In this document: positions 1 to 14,500 of the stretch, in pieces
Numbering within the stretch: the first letter of the stretch is position 1
Layout of the letters: every line of letters begins with the position of its first letter
NCBI GenBank assembly: GCA_002633005.1
Contig: NMRA01000005.1
Span: forward strand, 2,017,739-2,081,738
DNA: 64,000 bases
Direction: 5' to 3'
Origin: Phoronis australis
Taxonomy: Eukaryota > Animalia > Phoronida
Translations under genes and position numbers: made by a program
The notes under the pieces: model-generated
What the model saw: only the letters and a program-made list of their open reading frames with translations
What the model was told of the DNA's origin: nothing
Database searches by the model: none

Positions 1-934
1 CAATTTTACATGTATTAGCGCATTTTGAAATTTACATGTGTCCTTGCCGATGCCTTTCCTGCAAAGTTCTATTAATCCAGTAAACGTCCGTATACTAATA
101 ACTGTGTTTACTGGGCGTTAGTTACTTCATATCTCATGGTAAAGCGTGTCGTAAATAACATGTATGTGTAGATGGTGAAAGACAATTCGAATTTTTCACC
201 ATTCAGGGAACTTTCCTGTTTACCTAATTCACTTAATTTGGAAATCTGCTAAAAGACTTGTCTAACAGAGTCTATTGTTTATTTCTTAGTTTCAAAAGAA
301 AAACTAATGAGTGGGCTAATGCCGTTAAAAAAGTTATGCGTTAGTTCAATGTTTTGCGGCCTTGTGAGCAGTGGTGGATCTACGTTTTCAGAATTCGCGT
401 GAAGCGGTGGGAGGTCTCCTGTGTAAGAGAATTTTTAAGGGAGTTTTCCCTCCCATAGTCGTCTAAACCACCAGTGTCCAATGGTAGCTCTTGTATAGAA
501 ATAAAGCTTTTATTTTGTGCTACTTATATAAAAACGAACAAGTAACATTATTTTTTTAGTCATATTGTGTACTTAATTGTGAGAGTTTAACATAATTTAT
601 GAACTCCAAGACTGAGTTCTCTTTCTTAGTGTTTTGCCTGTTCATCGGCAATATCAGCAGCTGCTAGGATAAAAATGAATAGACTCACATGGAGTTACTT
701 TTGAACTAAAATTGTTTTAAAGTGCATCGCCCACTGAAGGTGATTAATTGTCTGAATTTTTGGTGGCGCAGATATAAATTCTGTCATAATATGAGATTCT
801 GTGAAGTTACACCATAGACTATAGTACGTGGACCGCCAACTCCGTATACTTCCAATGGAGGAAATCTGTGGTCTTGCGCACGAGTCGTTACGTCATTATT
901 CACTAGCGACACTTGGCCAAATTATCTGGTGTTA

Positions 935-1440
935 TTTCCAGCAAGCTCGTCAGGCACATGCTATGCTAAAGCCTGTATGGCGCTCGCAGATCTACTCACT
1001 CAAGTCAAAGTTAAGAATCTTCAACTCTAATGTGATGTCTGTTCTTCTTTACGGTTGAGAGACGTGGAGACTTACAAAAACATTGGTTAATAGAATCCAG
1101 GTCTTTGTAAATAGATGCCTGCGACAAACCCAGCAGATTAAATGGTCGGATAGAATCACTATTGAAGAGATTTGGCGAAAAACTGGGCATGAGAGGGTAG
1201 AGACTCAGATAAAGCCGCGAAAAAGGAGGTGGGTGGGACACACCCTCAGAAAAGCTAACGAAAGCATCGCAAAACAAGCCCTGTCCTGGAATCCACAGGG
1301 AAGTCCAGTCCAAACGTGGAGGAGGACAATGGAAGCCGAACTCCGTGAAACAGGATGCAAAATGCAACAAATAAGACAGATGGCGAACAACAGGATTCGA
1401 TGGTGTTTGGTCACAGGGTTTTAAGTCAAGTAAGTAAGTC
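935..1440 (+). mobile_element. 5'-truncated, decayed RTE-clade non-LTR retrotransposon 3' end
   Basis: Frames join into the typical RTE ORF C-terminus: KLRIFNSNVMSVLLYG*ETWRLT...IQVFVNRCLR...RWVGHTLRK...AKQALSWNPQG...TWRRTMEAEL. There is an internal stop, and it ends in a short-repeat tail taagtcaagtaagtaagt (about 1422-1439). Confidence 0.85.
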
Positions 1441-4400
1441 ATTTCCAGCAAGCACATCGCATGCGAATCATGGTCGGCTGTTGTGTGGTCGGATGGTAGT
1501 AGCATTGCTAAAAGTACTCACAATACCAACAGTTCTACAGTAGGAGGACTTTGAACAGCGTTTCAATGCCGATATTATTATTTTTCTTTAGTTGTGGACA
1601 GTAAAATAGATGCGAGAATTTCCCGTCACAATACACTAACCGGAAAGTGCAACAGATAATTTAGAAGAGTGACGCCTCCTCTAGGATAGTACACAAGAAA
1701 ACGTTGGAGTTGCGAATCTGTTGTCTATAATCTATGGTTACACAACTCATAAACAAAATTTAATGAACATGTACATTCGTTGTGATTATTTCGCCAAAGA
1801 AAATGAAACTTGCTGATGCCGACTTCTTGCGGCACATAGCATTGTGTTGAACGCACATCCTTGTGAGATGTGCTAAAAATGTTTAATTCAAATTTTTGGG
1901 GCATTATTTTATAAGTTAGAGCATTATGAATATTTTGGCCCCAAAAAGACATTTTTTGGTAAAGAAAGTTTCAGTTAGTGAAGTAGTTTTTAAACAGCTT
2001 AAATGATGGGAAGAAAAAATCTTTATGATGCTTATGTAGGCCTCTTTATCAGAAGACAGTCTGTTTGACGCAGAAAAACAATAAAAATGGGCTTTTTGTA
2101 TGTTTCTAAGCAACAACTGATAAAAAGTGAATGTGAATCGCGTATGTAAAGTTGATTGTTATTGTTGAGTGATGTAGAGCATGACTCATTCCTGATGATC
2201 ATTTAAACCATTAAATCGAAACGTTGATCATTAAAACTGTTATCATTTGCGTCGTTAGCTTCCTTACAAAAATATCAAATAACAAGAATGTAATTTAGAA
2301 AATTTTATTAATCACTTAAGTATAAAAGTGGACTTGCATGATTGTCACCATGGTGACTGATTACCTTGAAAGCGCTTCTATTTAAATTCGAATTTTACCA
2401 GCATTATAATAAAAATGATGAAGCTGTGAAACAGGAGGATTCGTGAAAGCTTCACACGTCATAATCCAAGTGTACCCTATTTGCACATTTTGTTACTTAG
2501 ATAACTGTAGAAAAAATGACTTGTTACAAAACATCAATCAAAAGCACAAGTTATGCATAAAATTTAGGAAAATTTGTGTTCGAGTGAACATGACTTTCAG
2601 TTCAGCAAGTCGCCATGTTGTCCTATGTGAATTGTGGGCACTTTAACCACTCAATAAGTTACATTAAGTTATTGTGTAAACTCCGGGATTGTAAAGAATG
2701 GTAGGTAAGGATATGTGTCACTACATTTTACTGTTACATTATTTGTGAAAATAATTTTAAGCACTTTTCAAATTGTAACCTTTGCTGCTGTCATCCAAGA
2801 TGGCTAATTCGGCAAAAAAGATAGCTTTTGAACGCACCGTGCGATTTTGATAATTTATTCATTTTTGAATAAGGTGTTTATGCTTCTCTTGTGATATAGG
2901 GTTTTTTGTCTTCAAAGTGAAAAAATAATTTTCGGTTCGTCCGCATCATATAGTCTCGAACCTTTAAAAAGCTACACAATAGATGCTTGTTCGTTCTTTA
3001 TCTGATAGAAAGTCTTTATCTGTAAATTTTGGATAGGTAGTTGGAGTAATTCGTATGTTAGATTTTTTAAAATATCACTGCCTCCTGAATTTTTACAGAA
3101 GAACCGTATCAAACCCCAGCAGAGATCCAGTTAATATATAACGATGCCTAATTTTGAAAGAATGCCTTACTATTTTTTTAACAGCAACTGTGAGGAATCC
3201 ATATTCTAAAAAATTGGTCTTGATAAAGTAGAAATTTTTTGAACCATTGACCTTATTTCCCGGTTGCTTTATTTAGTCATTTATAAAGCGTCTCATTTAT
3301 TTTACTATTGCATTCTATTATTTTTCGCATTTTGGTAACACTCTTAGCTTTTAGAATTAAACATTTTAAACATGTCATGTATGCGAAAACATAATTATTT
3401 ATGAATTGAATTATTTATCGTTTGCTTCTGTTATAATTATACACCACCAGCAACTGATGAATGGATTTCTTATGACATGACTCTTATGCAATTCAGCTGA
3501 AAAACGACAGAGTTGCGAACAGCTTTAGTGCCAGTTAATATCCCATAACAATAACGAACAGCGGAACAAACGAATGCAAACGAATGTAACGCATGCGCGT
3601 GGCGCAAACTCACAAGCGTGAGAAAGTTGGCATTCCAGGTTTAGAGTTCTATCATGTATTTCGACTCTAAGTGGGAATTGAAAAGACATATCAAGTGAGA
3701 GGGCGTTAGTCCAAGGGTAACAATTCTTCCAAAATTTTCGAGAGTGGGAAAGAAATAATTATTAGATAACATGAGTGCAAAAATACATGTATTGACCAGA
3801 TCGACCTTTGCAGTCAATGACGCGACCCTTGGTTCTTCGAAAAAGCCACGAACTAAGATCTATGTAACTTCCACAACATGGCTATTTCTTTGCACGAAAC
3901 TCACGATGTTTATTTTTGTCACATTAGCTACAAATGGGTTTCATCTTTTATCAAGGCATTTTTGCCTGAAACGATCAAGTCCTTCGTGTCTGTTCACAGC
4001 TCCCCTTCGTCAATAGATTTTTTCTGCTTTTACAGATTTCAAAAACTGCAACTGTTGGGTTAAACTCTACTTGTCCTTGACATAAAGAAGATTCATGATA
4101 AACATTGAAGAAATCATTATTAAAACATTTTGTTACTGTTATTTACTATTGCAGTTCGGTAACATTCCGTCTCTTTCACCAATGTCGTTGAAACACGAGA
4201 TATGTTGGCTCTATCCAGCTTCAAAGCAAGCCTTTCACAATTTGTCAAGTGAGCTCTGTCAACTAGTGTAAGTGCATGCAGACTTTGTCCCAAGGACATC
4301 ATGATCACACAAAAATAAACACACTAAAATGTATATATTCATATGGTCAAACTACGGTACATCGGTCATTATAGGCCATCAAAGGTTCAAATAAAATGCT

Positions 4401-5517
4401 CAAACTCCCGCCTTTTCAATACGAGATCAAACTACATTACACAGGTGAGAAGATAACCCTATACAATGACCTTATAATTAATTTGAATCTCCATTAATTA
4501 ATTCCCAAGACACGGGTCTCTATTGAAATTATCTTTGTACAGGTAACGTTATTCCCTCATAGGAGTTTCTCATGTAACCTAAGTAGAGTTCAAAAACACT
4601 TGAACCTCAATAGAAAAGCAAGACTTCGCGAAATATTGCCGTATATTTTCAATAAGAGTATATGATTTTGGCAAGGTTTTTCTCATCGGGAGACAACTAT
4701 TGAACTCTATCCTGATTGCATTGACCTTTGACCTTGTTAAACCCAGAATGTATTTTGACTGTCGTGCGCCTGTTAGTGACCACTGTTACGAAGTAAATCA
4801 CGATGACTTGTTTTATGGTATCTCAAATGTTTGAGGTGGGACCCTTTTGCAGTTTGTAAAGGTGTGCATTTTTTACCTAGAATATCCAATGTGACTCACG
4901 CCGTTTTTAACAGGATTGCCTGAGTGAGAGTTTTGACGGTTTTTTGGCAATCCCTCCCCAGAGTGTATTTTGTATGTCATACGCCACTTAGTTAAAAATA
5001 TTAAACCACTTGGAATTAGTGTTTTTGGGAACCGTAACTTCTAATGTGGGAGGTACGGGGCATCTCACTTTGGAAGTCATATTTAGTTTGCTTGTGATCC
5101 CTTTACAGAGTGCAATTTGTCTATTGTCAGTCTTTTTGAGCCCAGGGTGGCACGACTATCATTTCAAATCAGTTTTGCCGGTAACCAAATGTTTAATTTG
5201 TTCCAATTTTGACCTGCAGATATTCATTCGTTAATACATTGAGGTTCACTCTAAGTGCTCCTGTGGATTGGAATTCCTTTTATAGCGGCATCGGTAGGTA
5301 ACTGAAGTGAGAGACATCAGTCAATTTTTGGGCGGACTGAACTGTATTATAATTTTTAGGGAAGAATTTTTTCACTCTAAACTACTCTGGTTGCTTAATA
5401 TGATCATGCAAAGCGGAAATTCGTTCTCAGAAACCTAAGATGCGACAGTTACTGTTACAGGACTATTGTAACCAAAGCAATTACAGCTAAAGATTTCATT
5501 TCACGAACTAAGTTCAC

Positions 5518-8500
5518 TTAGGCCAAAAAGTAGTAACGAATCTGTTTAATTAACATTTCAACTGCAATGTCACATATTTCCTTGATGATTCTATCAGCAA
5601 CATATGACAGAATTTGGTAAATTTTATCTCTCAAAATGTCTTTCCAGTTGCGTTCATCTATCTTCTCCCCCCTGGATCGTATTTTCGCCTCTGTGGCTAA
5701 TTCGTTGATCGTGTCTTCCACCTTTTGCTCATCGTCTGGGTTCTGAAACAAAGAGAGATTTTCTTGGGTTTTTCTAGTGCTGGTGTGTTTATTCTATACT
5801 TTGATAAATATTGACCACTGATGAAAAATACGACGAGAAACACATAAGAAGTAGGCCTACTTAATGCTCTTGACACTACGACTGTTCCGACATCTATTGA
5901 GTACTGATGAAGTTACATTGCTGGTAAACAAAGTTCCTACTCCAGAACGGAAAAAAACCAATTTCCAGTGTTACATTCTTCTGTTGTTTGCAAATTTTAA
6001 GTGGATAAAAAGCTGACAATTCAAACAGGTTATTGATTATGATTTCTTTGATTAATTCAAATATTTTTTTATAAAGAATCGAAAATTTTTTTCGCCGCCT
6101 CACTCATCACCGACAGATTTGGCGAATGCGCACATTAGAAAGTCCTTTGGGTACAGTGTATGTGTGTTAAATGTGTTATATAACGTAGGTGATGATAACT
6201 GTGGATTATTATATCTCGATTTGTGATATGCAAACATATTTGAACGAGGGCGAAGCATATTACGAATCTCAAATCATTTGTCAAAGGTACGTAACGTAGA
6301 AAATAAATCTGAAACTAAATAAGGCGATCCAGATCCTCCCAAGGATACTATTGTTTCATGAAATGTAGAATATAAATCGGTAAATAAAACAACAAGAATG
6401 GATCAATTGAAATTTTCGGATGTAATAGCTTCCTTTGTCAACAGAAACAGAAACCGAAATAAAGTAAAATCAAACACTATATGACAATTATCATCCGAAA
6501 ATTTCAAATTTCAGTTGATCCATTCTTGTTGTTTTATTTACCGATTTATATTCAAAGGTACAAAAATACAACTCCTGGTGGTCTTTGGTCATAACGAAAT
6601 CTGAAACTTTTTGGAAGAGTTGCACTGATCAAATCTGTGGCTGTGTCAAAAGTCGTTTCATAACTTTGCCTATTCCGTCTCAATAAATCTTGAAGGAACC
6701 CAATAATATTTTTTTCTATTGTTTATGTCAAGGGCGTGATGGCTGTTAGCAGTTCTGCAGTATGACATTCGGCATGGTGAACTCCACGACCACATTCAAC
6801 ACGCTGATGCTGGCTCACATAATATCGAGCAGTATGATGACGATGTAGGCCTACTCCTCCACGCCGCCATCAGGAAAGGACAACTCGGTACATATTGAAG
6901 GACTTGTATGCCGGAATGTAACATCGTCGAAGGGCAGCATTGGCCATCAGGAAGTGGAGTTCCTTGGACATCGGATTGGAACAAGTCGGTTAGCTGTGGA
7001 CGCCCAAAAGCTAATGCTGATCCAATAAGCACCGGCTTCAACTACGAAGACCGAATTGCGTTCTTTCCAAAGACTCACACACTACAACAGGATGTGTGTG
7101 ACAAACTACTCCCAAATAGCCACCCCACTGACAGAATTATTGAAAGAGGGTCAACTGAAGTACGTCGTTTGGACCGACGTTCACGACAAGGCATTTATTA
7201 AGTTGAAGCCAGTGTTTGAAAATAGTGCCAAATTTCACTCAGAAGTTCATCGTCAGGACAAATACATGAGATGTTGGTTTGGACAGTCCGACTGCAGAAG
7301 TTTGACAATGCCGGAATATTCCTTATCGCGTATGCCTGCTGAATACTGAAAACCAGCGAGCGGTAATACTTCAGAGAAGTTGGTGATGGTGTCCGCTGTT
7401 ACACGTTTCAAGTTTTGTCCCTACGCGACGGAGTTTGTGGTGCAGACAGACCACAAATCGCTGCTCTTTATGCAGCGGAGCCCAAGAGTCATGCAGTATG
7501 CGATGGCACTGTTGAAATTTAAAGGAGAATGCCACCCTATTTAATTAGTCTTTTTTGCCGCCTTAATCGGTCTATATCCATATCGCCTCGCATACGGTCG
7601 ACCTTACCTTGCCAAGAGGTGTCGCTTTAACCTGTGAGGAAGGTGAGAAACGACGCTACCGACGTCAGTGGTTCAAAGTTCATGTGCAGAGTGAATGCCG
7701 CTATGTTGCGGTGCATCGTTCCCGCTTGTCCGAACTAAGCAGCTGCGAGGAAAGCGGGTATATCGTTTTTTACTTCCTCGAGAGTCCGAAATGCTTAGGA
7801 AGTGGCTCATGGTAGTGAAGAATGAAATGTACGCTGTAGATAGCAAGTATAAGGCCGTGAAACATCTCCGTGTCGTGGCTTGCTGACGTCGACAGTGCCT
7901 GACGAATGCCGGCTTACCGGCCAAATAACTCCATACGTTCCGTTGTCTGAGCTTGTTCACGGGCCTCTCTAGTATTTCTTCATCACTGTATTCCTGTCCG
8001 AATTGATAGCCTGTAAAACTTAACGATCCACCTGCAAAGTCGGGACTGATGAGTTCTAGCTCGTCCTAAGTCGGACGTGCGAGTTTACCATGCCATGTTG
8101 GAGTTTATTACTGAGCGTTCTGTTTCAAAATGAATTATTCTCACCCTAACCAATACTTATATAAAACTGAAACAAAGTCGGTCTCTTTAGATGCAATTTG
8201 TAACGCCCGGCTTTGGAGTGTTCGTGAGTGCAAATGATTTGAGAAGCCAGCAATGAATAAATCACTGCTTACCGGCTTTAGGTGCAATAAAACTAATTGA
8301 CGGTACACCGAGGCCGTGTGAGCTCATGCTAATTTAGTGTTTGCTGGTAGAAACTGTTGTGAAACAACTCGATTTCCATCCCACGGCCAGGTGTTATGGG
8401 AATCTTTATTTACATTTACATTACTCAAATAATGATTGTCAATGTACAACTTCTGCCCTGACGGTGCTGTGGCCAAAGCGGAACCTGAATTCGCGGTCCC

Positions 8501-11500
8501 CGACGAGTAAGTAGATTTGCAGTTTCGTGGCTAATTCACGAACATAATCAGGTGCACATTACTTTGGCTCACTAGTACAGTATTTTCTTGACTGGAAGTT
8601 TAGTTTCCACTGAACTTTGGCTGGTTTATGTTCGTGATGTCTGATCAGTTTCCGAGCCACTGGCCGGGATAACGAGTCAATCCGGCCGGCCGCGACGGGC
8701 CTGATCGGGCTCCGAGCCACTGGCCAGGATAACAAGCGTTTTGTGTTTAGAACTAAAAAAATCACAAGTCTAAACAACACAGATCTAGGTTCTCCTGTCT
8801 GTATCTCACGGAAATACTTCGAAATTATCTCCGAACAGATCCCAATCTCCTGCTACGGACCTTATCGGCCTGCCGAACTTTGGCTACGGTGTGTCCAAAT
8901 ACCAATAAATCCGTAAGAGTGAAATAAAACAACACGTTTTTATAAGAACTCGGTGTATTTTAAGGGTTTTACATCGAAGTTTGATGATTTATTGGTGTTA
9001 AACGATGACTTCAAGCGATAAGCTGACACCAGTAACCCGTGTTGTGAACTGCTGAAAAGACTGCGTGTGAAACCGATGACGTCATTGGATAATTTCAACA
9101 CCTCCGTCTGCCGTCAGGTGTCAGGTAACGCAACCGTACGTGTCGTTATGGAGTAGAACTACTCGATCTAAATTGATACAAATTAGGTTGTTTTTTGGGT
9201 GGCTTGCTCCTTTAAGTTCCAGATGGAAGACAACCCTGGGAAGTCTAATGATTAGTCTGGTTATAGAATTAAAGAACGGAACACAATGAAGGAAGACGCA
9301 GAAGAAATAAATCACTGCATTCGTGCCATGCGATTATGAGAATAATTTTCTTCTCTGGTAGGTCGTAACGATTGTCAGGAGTTGGCTGACACCGATTTTA
9401 GTTAATTAAATCCTATTCATTTGTTCTACATATTTACAGGCAGTCTACACTTGATTAGTCCAACCTATGTCAGGTCGGTGATTTTGTAATTGTTCACAAC
9501 ATAATGCTTGAGAACATTCTAGAAGATTCCACCAAATAAACCATCCAATTTGCCCTCGGCAGTGGCGCTGGGCACTACGACTCCGTTTCCGTCGTCTGCT
9601 CCACTGTGCAATCACAGGCGCTCGAATTTCCCGATGACTCATAACCATATATAAGAAACATAAAGGTTGGACACTAAAACTTTGCCAAGCCGAGGCTCCC
9701 AAATTCAACTGTCCACAATCCAAATAAAATCTGCGTGCACCTCCCTCAGTCTGGTATTGCATAAACCTTCGAAGCCTTATCTTTCCTAGATCCTATTAAC
9801 TGTCCTCGTGAGTGGTGAATTGGCGATGGAATGTCCAAAACAATCTCAAAAAGTTAGTATTTTAATGATTATTTGTAACTTTATTCCACCAACGGCTCAT
9901 TTTAGCCCTTAACTTAGAATTTTATTGCATAAACTGGCGTATCTTGTTTTTCATCTTGACATCACGCACTTTTTTGATTGAAGCACAACACACACTCGGC
10001 CAGACGCAGTCCGTGCAAGTATTACAATGCGCGTGGCCGACGAGTAAACTCAATGGTTTTGGCCAAAAGCAAAACCTTCATGAGAAATCACAGTACACAA
10101 AATAACTTCGCATATCAGTACAGTATCAGGATAATTTATATTTGACACAAATATGTGAGTAATTACATTTATTTGGCAATAAAGTGCTCTCTGCTTCTAT
10201 GATCAAGTAGTCGAGGGATTGACGATGAAAGCCGCGCGAAATTAGACTTTCGGATTTAGCTCGGAAGCGTCCTTCAAAAACCCGGATGTGCGAAGACCGT
10301 CTGCCATGACATCATGGAATAAGTTCCTTGAATTTGTGATTTTGGAATTCTTTTGGCATTTTTGTCGCCAAATCACCACTCGAAGGCAATTTGAAGAGAT
10401 CAAATGAAAGAAGGTATTCAAAGAGTTGTTCGATGCTAGTTTCGTGGAGTTCCATGCAAATTTTGAGGAAACAGATTTCGAGTGTCCAACCTTTATGTTT
10501 TCTTACATGTAGTCGTGAGTGACGTCATTTGCGATCGAGGAACAGATAAACCCAAGCGCCTGTGAACTCAAGCGCCTGTGGTCAAACCTTAACTTAAGAC
10601 GATTTCGAAAGCAATCGCATCCTTATTGCCAACACAAAAAACGGATTTGATCTTTTGGGCAATTGAAGACTATTTTAAATACAACAACGAACTGATTGCA
10701 CAAAATGTAAAACATGTAATAAGCATTACAAAAAGAACGAGGTTTCGCGCGCAAACGCTGTGGACCATAAACAAGTAAGTCTCTTAGTAATTACATTAGG
10801 ATTAAAATCGTGCTAAAGTGGTAAAGCACGCGCGCTCTATCCGCCAGGTCGTGGATACGAGTCTGTGATACATGCAGTTTTTTCTGTTAGATACCTTCTC
10901 TGTTTTTTTATTTTTTGCCTTTTTTCTTTGATAATAGTTCGGTAATCAAGGAAAATGCTTGATTGTTAGAGGAAAAAAACAGAAAAATTTCTTGGGTGGA
11001 AGGGCAAATCCCCCCTCCCGACCTCCCCCCGTTCGGTCCTATGCGCATCTACAATCGTGCTTTGTGCAAATGTTTACAAACAAAATGTTGCTCCCCCTTG
11101 TGATCCTAGATCCGCCACTGAATTTTGTGCACAAACTATATATAGTATCTGTGAATTATATAACGTTTTTGTTCCTGAATTTTATTAATTTTGTTCGAAC
11201 TAAAAAGTGGGCATTGGCATTTGGCAACAAATTTACTGGTCTAACTTCCGTCTGTTTATAATTAAACATTCTCAAGTGAGCAGTGCTAAGTGGCCCTTAA
11301 AGTTAACTAGGCCGTTGGTTGTATTGTGTATGAGTCTTGGAATAGTGTGAAATGGTTCTCGTAAGGACAGTCGTTTATGAATCAATATCGTTGGAAAAAG
11401 TGAACAATTGGCCTAAAATTGGCCTTACCTGAGTAGACTGTCAAGAGACAATCACCCTTTCAAGAACAGAATGCTAATGAAATCTACAAGTGTTCACATA

Positions 11501-14500
11501 TGTGCTAAATATTGGCAAAAATGCTAAAACAGTCAAGAGATACTCACCCCAACAAGAACAGAATTCTAATAAAATCAATAAGTGTTCAGGTATGTACTTA
11601 ACATTGACCAAAATACTAAAATATTCAAGAGACCACCAACTTTTAAAGAGCAGAACTCTAACGAAATCAATGGGTGTTCAGATATGTGCTTAATATTGCC
11701 AAAAATACTAAAATCAATAATTCCAAAGAAAGGAAGCAGTCCATAATATCGAAAAACGCCGAGCTTCCTGTGCGTAGGCCTATTTAATTCAACGTACGGC
11801 CGCCACGGTCCCAGTCATGAACTGGAAGTCGGGACAAGTCTTAATTCAGTCAAATATTTCAGTTTCCTGCAATAGAACTTAACCGAAAATGAGCAAAATA
11901 ATAAAACCTTTTCTTCTCTTTCTTGCGTTGCTGAAGGTTTTAAAAATGTTTTAAAAGTCATACCAAGGTAATGAATATTACTGATTGGTTTGGTAAGCAT
12001 TGAAGACCTATTTCGATTTTTTGTCTCCTAAACGAGGCGAAATGCGTCTTTTTTACTTTTCAACTGGCTAACACATAGAAAGTATTATGCAGTTCAACTT
12101 ATACTACAGTGTGACAATTAACTTCGCTCTCCAGAAAACACAAGGAGGTGTCAACGTCAACCATTGTTGAAAGAAGGGAAGAAAGCAGTTATGGAGAAGT
12201 TCAGCTGTGGAATCACAAAATGCTGGTGTGGAAAAGGCAACGTGTGAAGAGCTAACATAAAAGAAACCTAGTCTAATTAAGAATTAAGAACAGAACCTTG
12301 ATTAGAATAATAATTTGTGTCAAAATTATCATTCAATAAGATATGCAACTTAACAAGAGTGAGATGATTGTTCTGTAAAACCAAGCACATTTTAAAAACC
12401 TTAAGTTGAATACATGTAGACTGTTATGAACGCTATTGAATTGCTATTGAGCTCTATGGATGTTTTGTTTATTCATTTGTTGACGAGTGAGTTCTGAATG
12501 ATATGAGCCTGCCACCGTGTTTGGCCTCTGCTACATGGAACTGTTTGTTATTGTCCATTCAAGAAAATTATAAAAGTCAATAATTATCAACTTTCATTTG
12601 TGCATCACTTTTGCGATTGAGTTACTGTGTCACATCACACGACTGCTAATAATCGAAGTTTTGAGGTAAACAGGAACTTGTAAGCGTTCACTTGAAATTA
12701 TTATGAACTTGGAGTGTGAAACTTGCTTCACGGACTTGAATTTGGTGTACCCACTCAGCTGCGTTTCATTTTGAACCAAACGAAATTAAACATAATACCG
12801 TTTTGTGTTTTGTAAACATCATGCCGTGGTCTTACTGCATGGGAGCTAAAGGTTATTGGTTAGCTCGCATCATGTATCCTGTTGATGTGGACAGTTGGCC
12901 GCATGTGTCCCGGTCGTGTAGCCAGTTGGCAGCGCGTGCCTTGGTTGTGTAGTCAGTTGGCAGCGTGTGTCCTGGTCTTGTAGTCTTTTAGCACTGAGTG
13001 TCCTTGTCATGTAGTCAGGATGGCAATTGACGAAGAAAAATTTTGTCACGAATGAATTCAACCAGTTTTCAAATTCAGTGGCTCTTATAAGTGGACCATG
13101 CATTTTGATACATATTATTGATTCGTTCTAATTCTTACCTATGTAGTGACTTAGTACCGAAAGTGTGTTCACGTAGTCAGGTAGAGGCAAAAAGTCAGAG
13201 GAACTTGCACTGTGAATTCCAATAAAATAAGTAGGTGTTGTCAGTCTTACGACACTTTTGCAGTCCCATGCAAATTTCTATCTTGTTATAGCTGCTCTAG
13301 CCCTACGTAGCCATTTTGGTCCAAAACGTCTCCTGTAGACAGATTCTGCCCAGGTTAGGCACGTGTTTGTGCGCGGGTGTGTGTGGTTGTTTGCGTATGT
13401 GTGTGCATCTATATATTATTACTNAGATGATTGTTCTGTAAAACCAAGCACATTTTAAAAACCTTAAGTTGAATACATGTAGACTGTTATGAACGCTATT
13501 GAATTGCTATTGAGCTCTATGGATGTTTTGTTTATTCATTTGTTGACGAGTGAGTTCTGAATGATATGAGCCTGCCACCGTGTTTGGCCTCTGCTACATG
13601 GAACTGTTTGTTATTGTCCATTCAAGAAAATTATAAAAGTCAATAATTATCAACTTTCATTTGTGCATCACTTTTGCGATTGAGTTACTGTGTCACATCA
13701 CACGACTGCTAATAATCGAAGTTTTGAGGTAAACAGGAACTTGTAAGCGTTCACTTGAAATTATTATGAACTTGAAGTGTGAAACTTGCTTCACGGACTT
13801 GAATTTGGTGTACCCACTCAGTTGCGTTTCATTTTGAACCAAACGAAATTAAACATAATACCGTTTTGTGTTTTGTAAACATCATGCCGTGGTCTTACGG
13901 CATGGGAGCTTAAGGTTATTGGTTAGTTCGCATCATGTATCCTGTTGATGTGGACAGTTGGCCGCATGTGTCCTGGTCGTGTAGCCAGTTGGCAGCGCGT
14001 GCCTTGGTTGTGTAGTCAGTTGGCAGCGTGTGTCCTGGTCTTGTAGTCTTTTAGAACTGAGTGTCCTTGTCATGTAGTCAGGATGGCGATTGACGAAGAT
14101 AAATTGTGTCACGAATGAATTCAACCAGTTTTCAAATTCAGTGGCTCTTATAAGTGGACCATGCATTTTGATACATATTATTGATTCGTTCTAATTCCTA
14201 CCTATGTAGTGACTTAGTACCGAAAGTGTGTTCACGTAGTCAGTTAGAGGCAAAAAGTCAAAGGAACTTGCACTGTGAATTCCAATAAAATAAGTAGGTG
14301 GTGTCAATCTTACGACACTTTTGCATTCCCATGCAAATTTCTATCTTGTTATAGCTGCTCTAGCCCTACGTAGCCATTTTGGTCCAAAACGTCTCCTGTA
14401 GACAGATTCTGCCCAGGTTAGGCACGTGTTTTTGCGCGGGTGTGTGTGGTTGTTTGCGTATGTATGTGCATCTATATATTATTACTGTTTTCAATTTTTC

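Noticed and set aside
3780-4310. Minus-strand coding-like stretch, possibly a DNA-transposon relic (similar impression at 41640-42000 and 62690-63550)
   Set aside because: Multiple stops and no motif I can assign with confidence; BLASTx would be needed.
10810-10865. Functional tRNA gene
   Set aside because: The B box is degenerate and no acceptor stem or cloverleaf can be formed.
11441-11715. CRISPR-like array (also considered 22850-22975, 12890-12990 and 55911-56080)
   Set aside because: The units are degenerate tandem repeats without unique spacers, there are no cas genes, and the context is eukaryotic.
12362-14486. Recent biological tandem duplication and the duplicated 77-aa ORFs (12870-13103, 13933-14166)
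   Set aside because: The junction sits exactly on a single N, typical of overlapping haplotype contigs. The ORFs are translations of a minisatellite.
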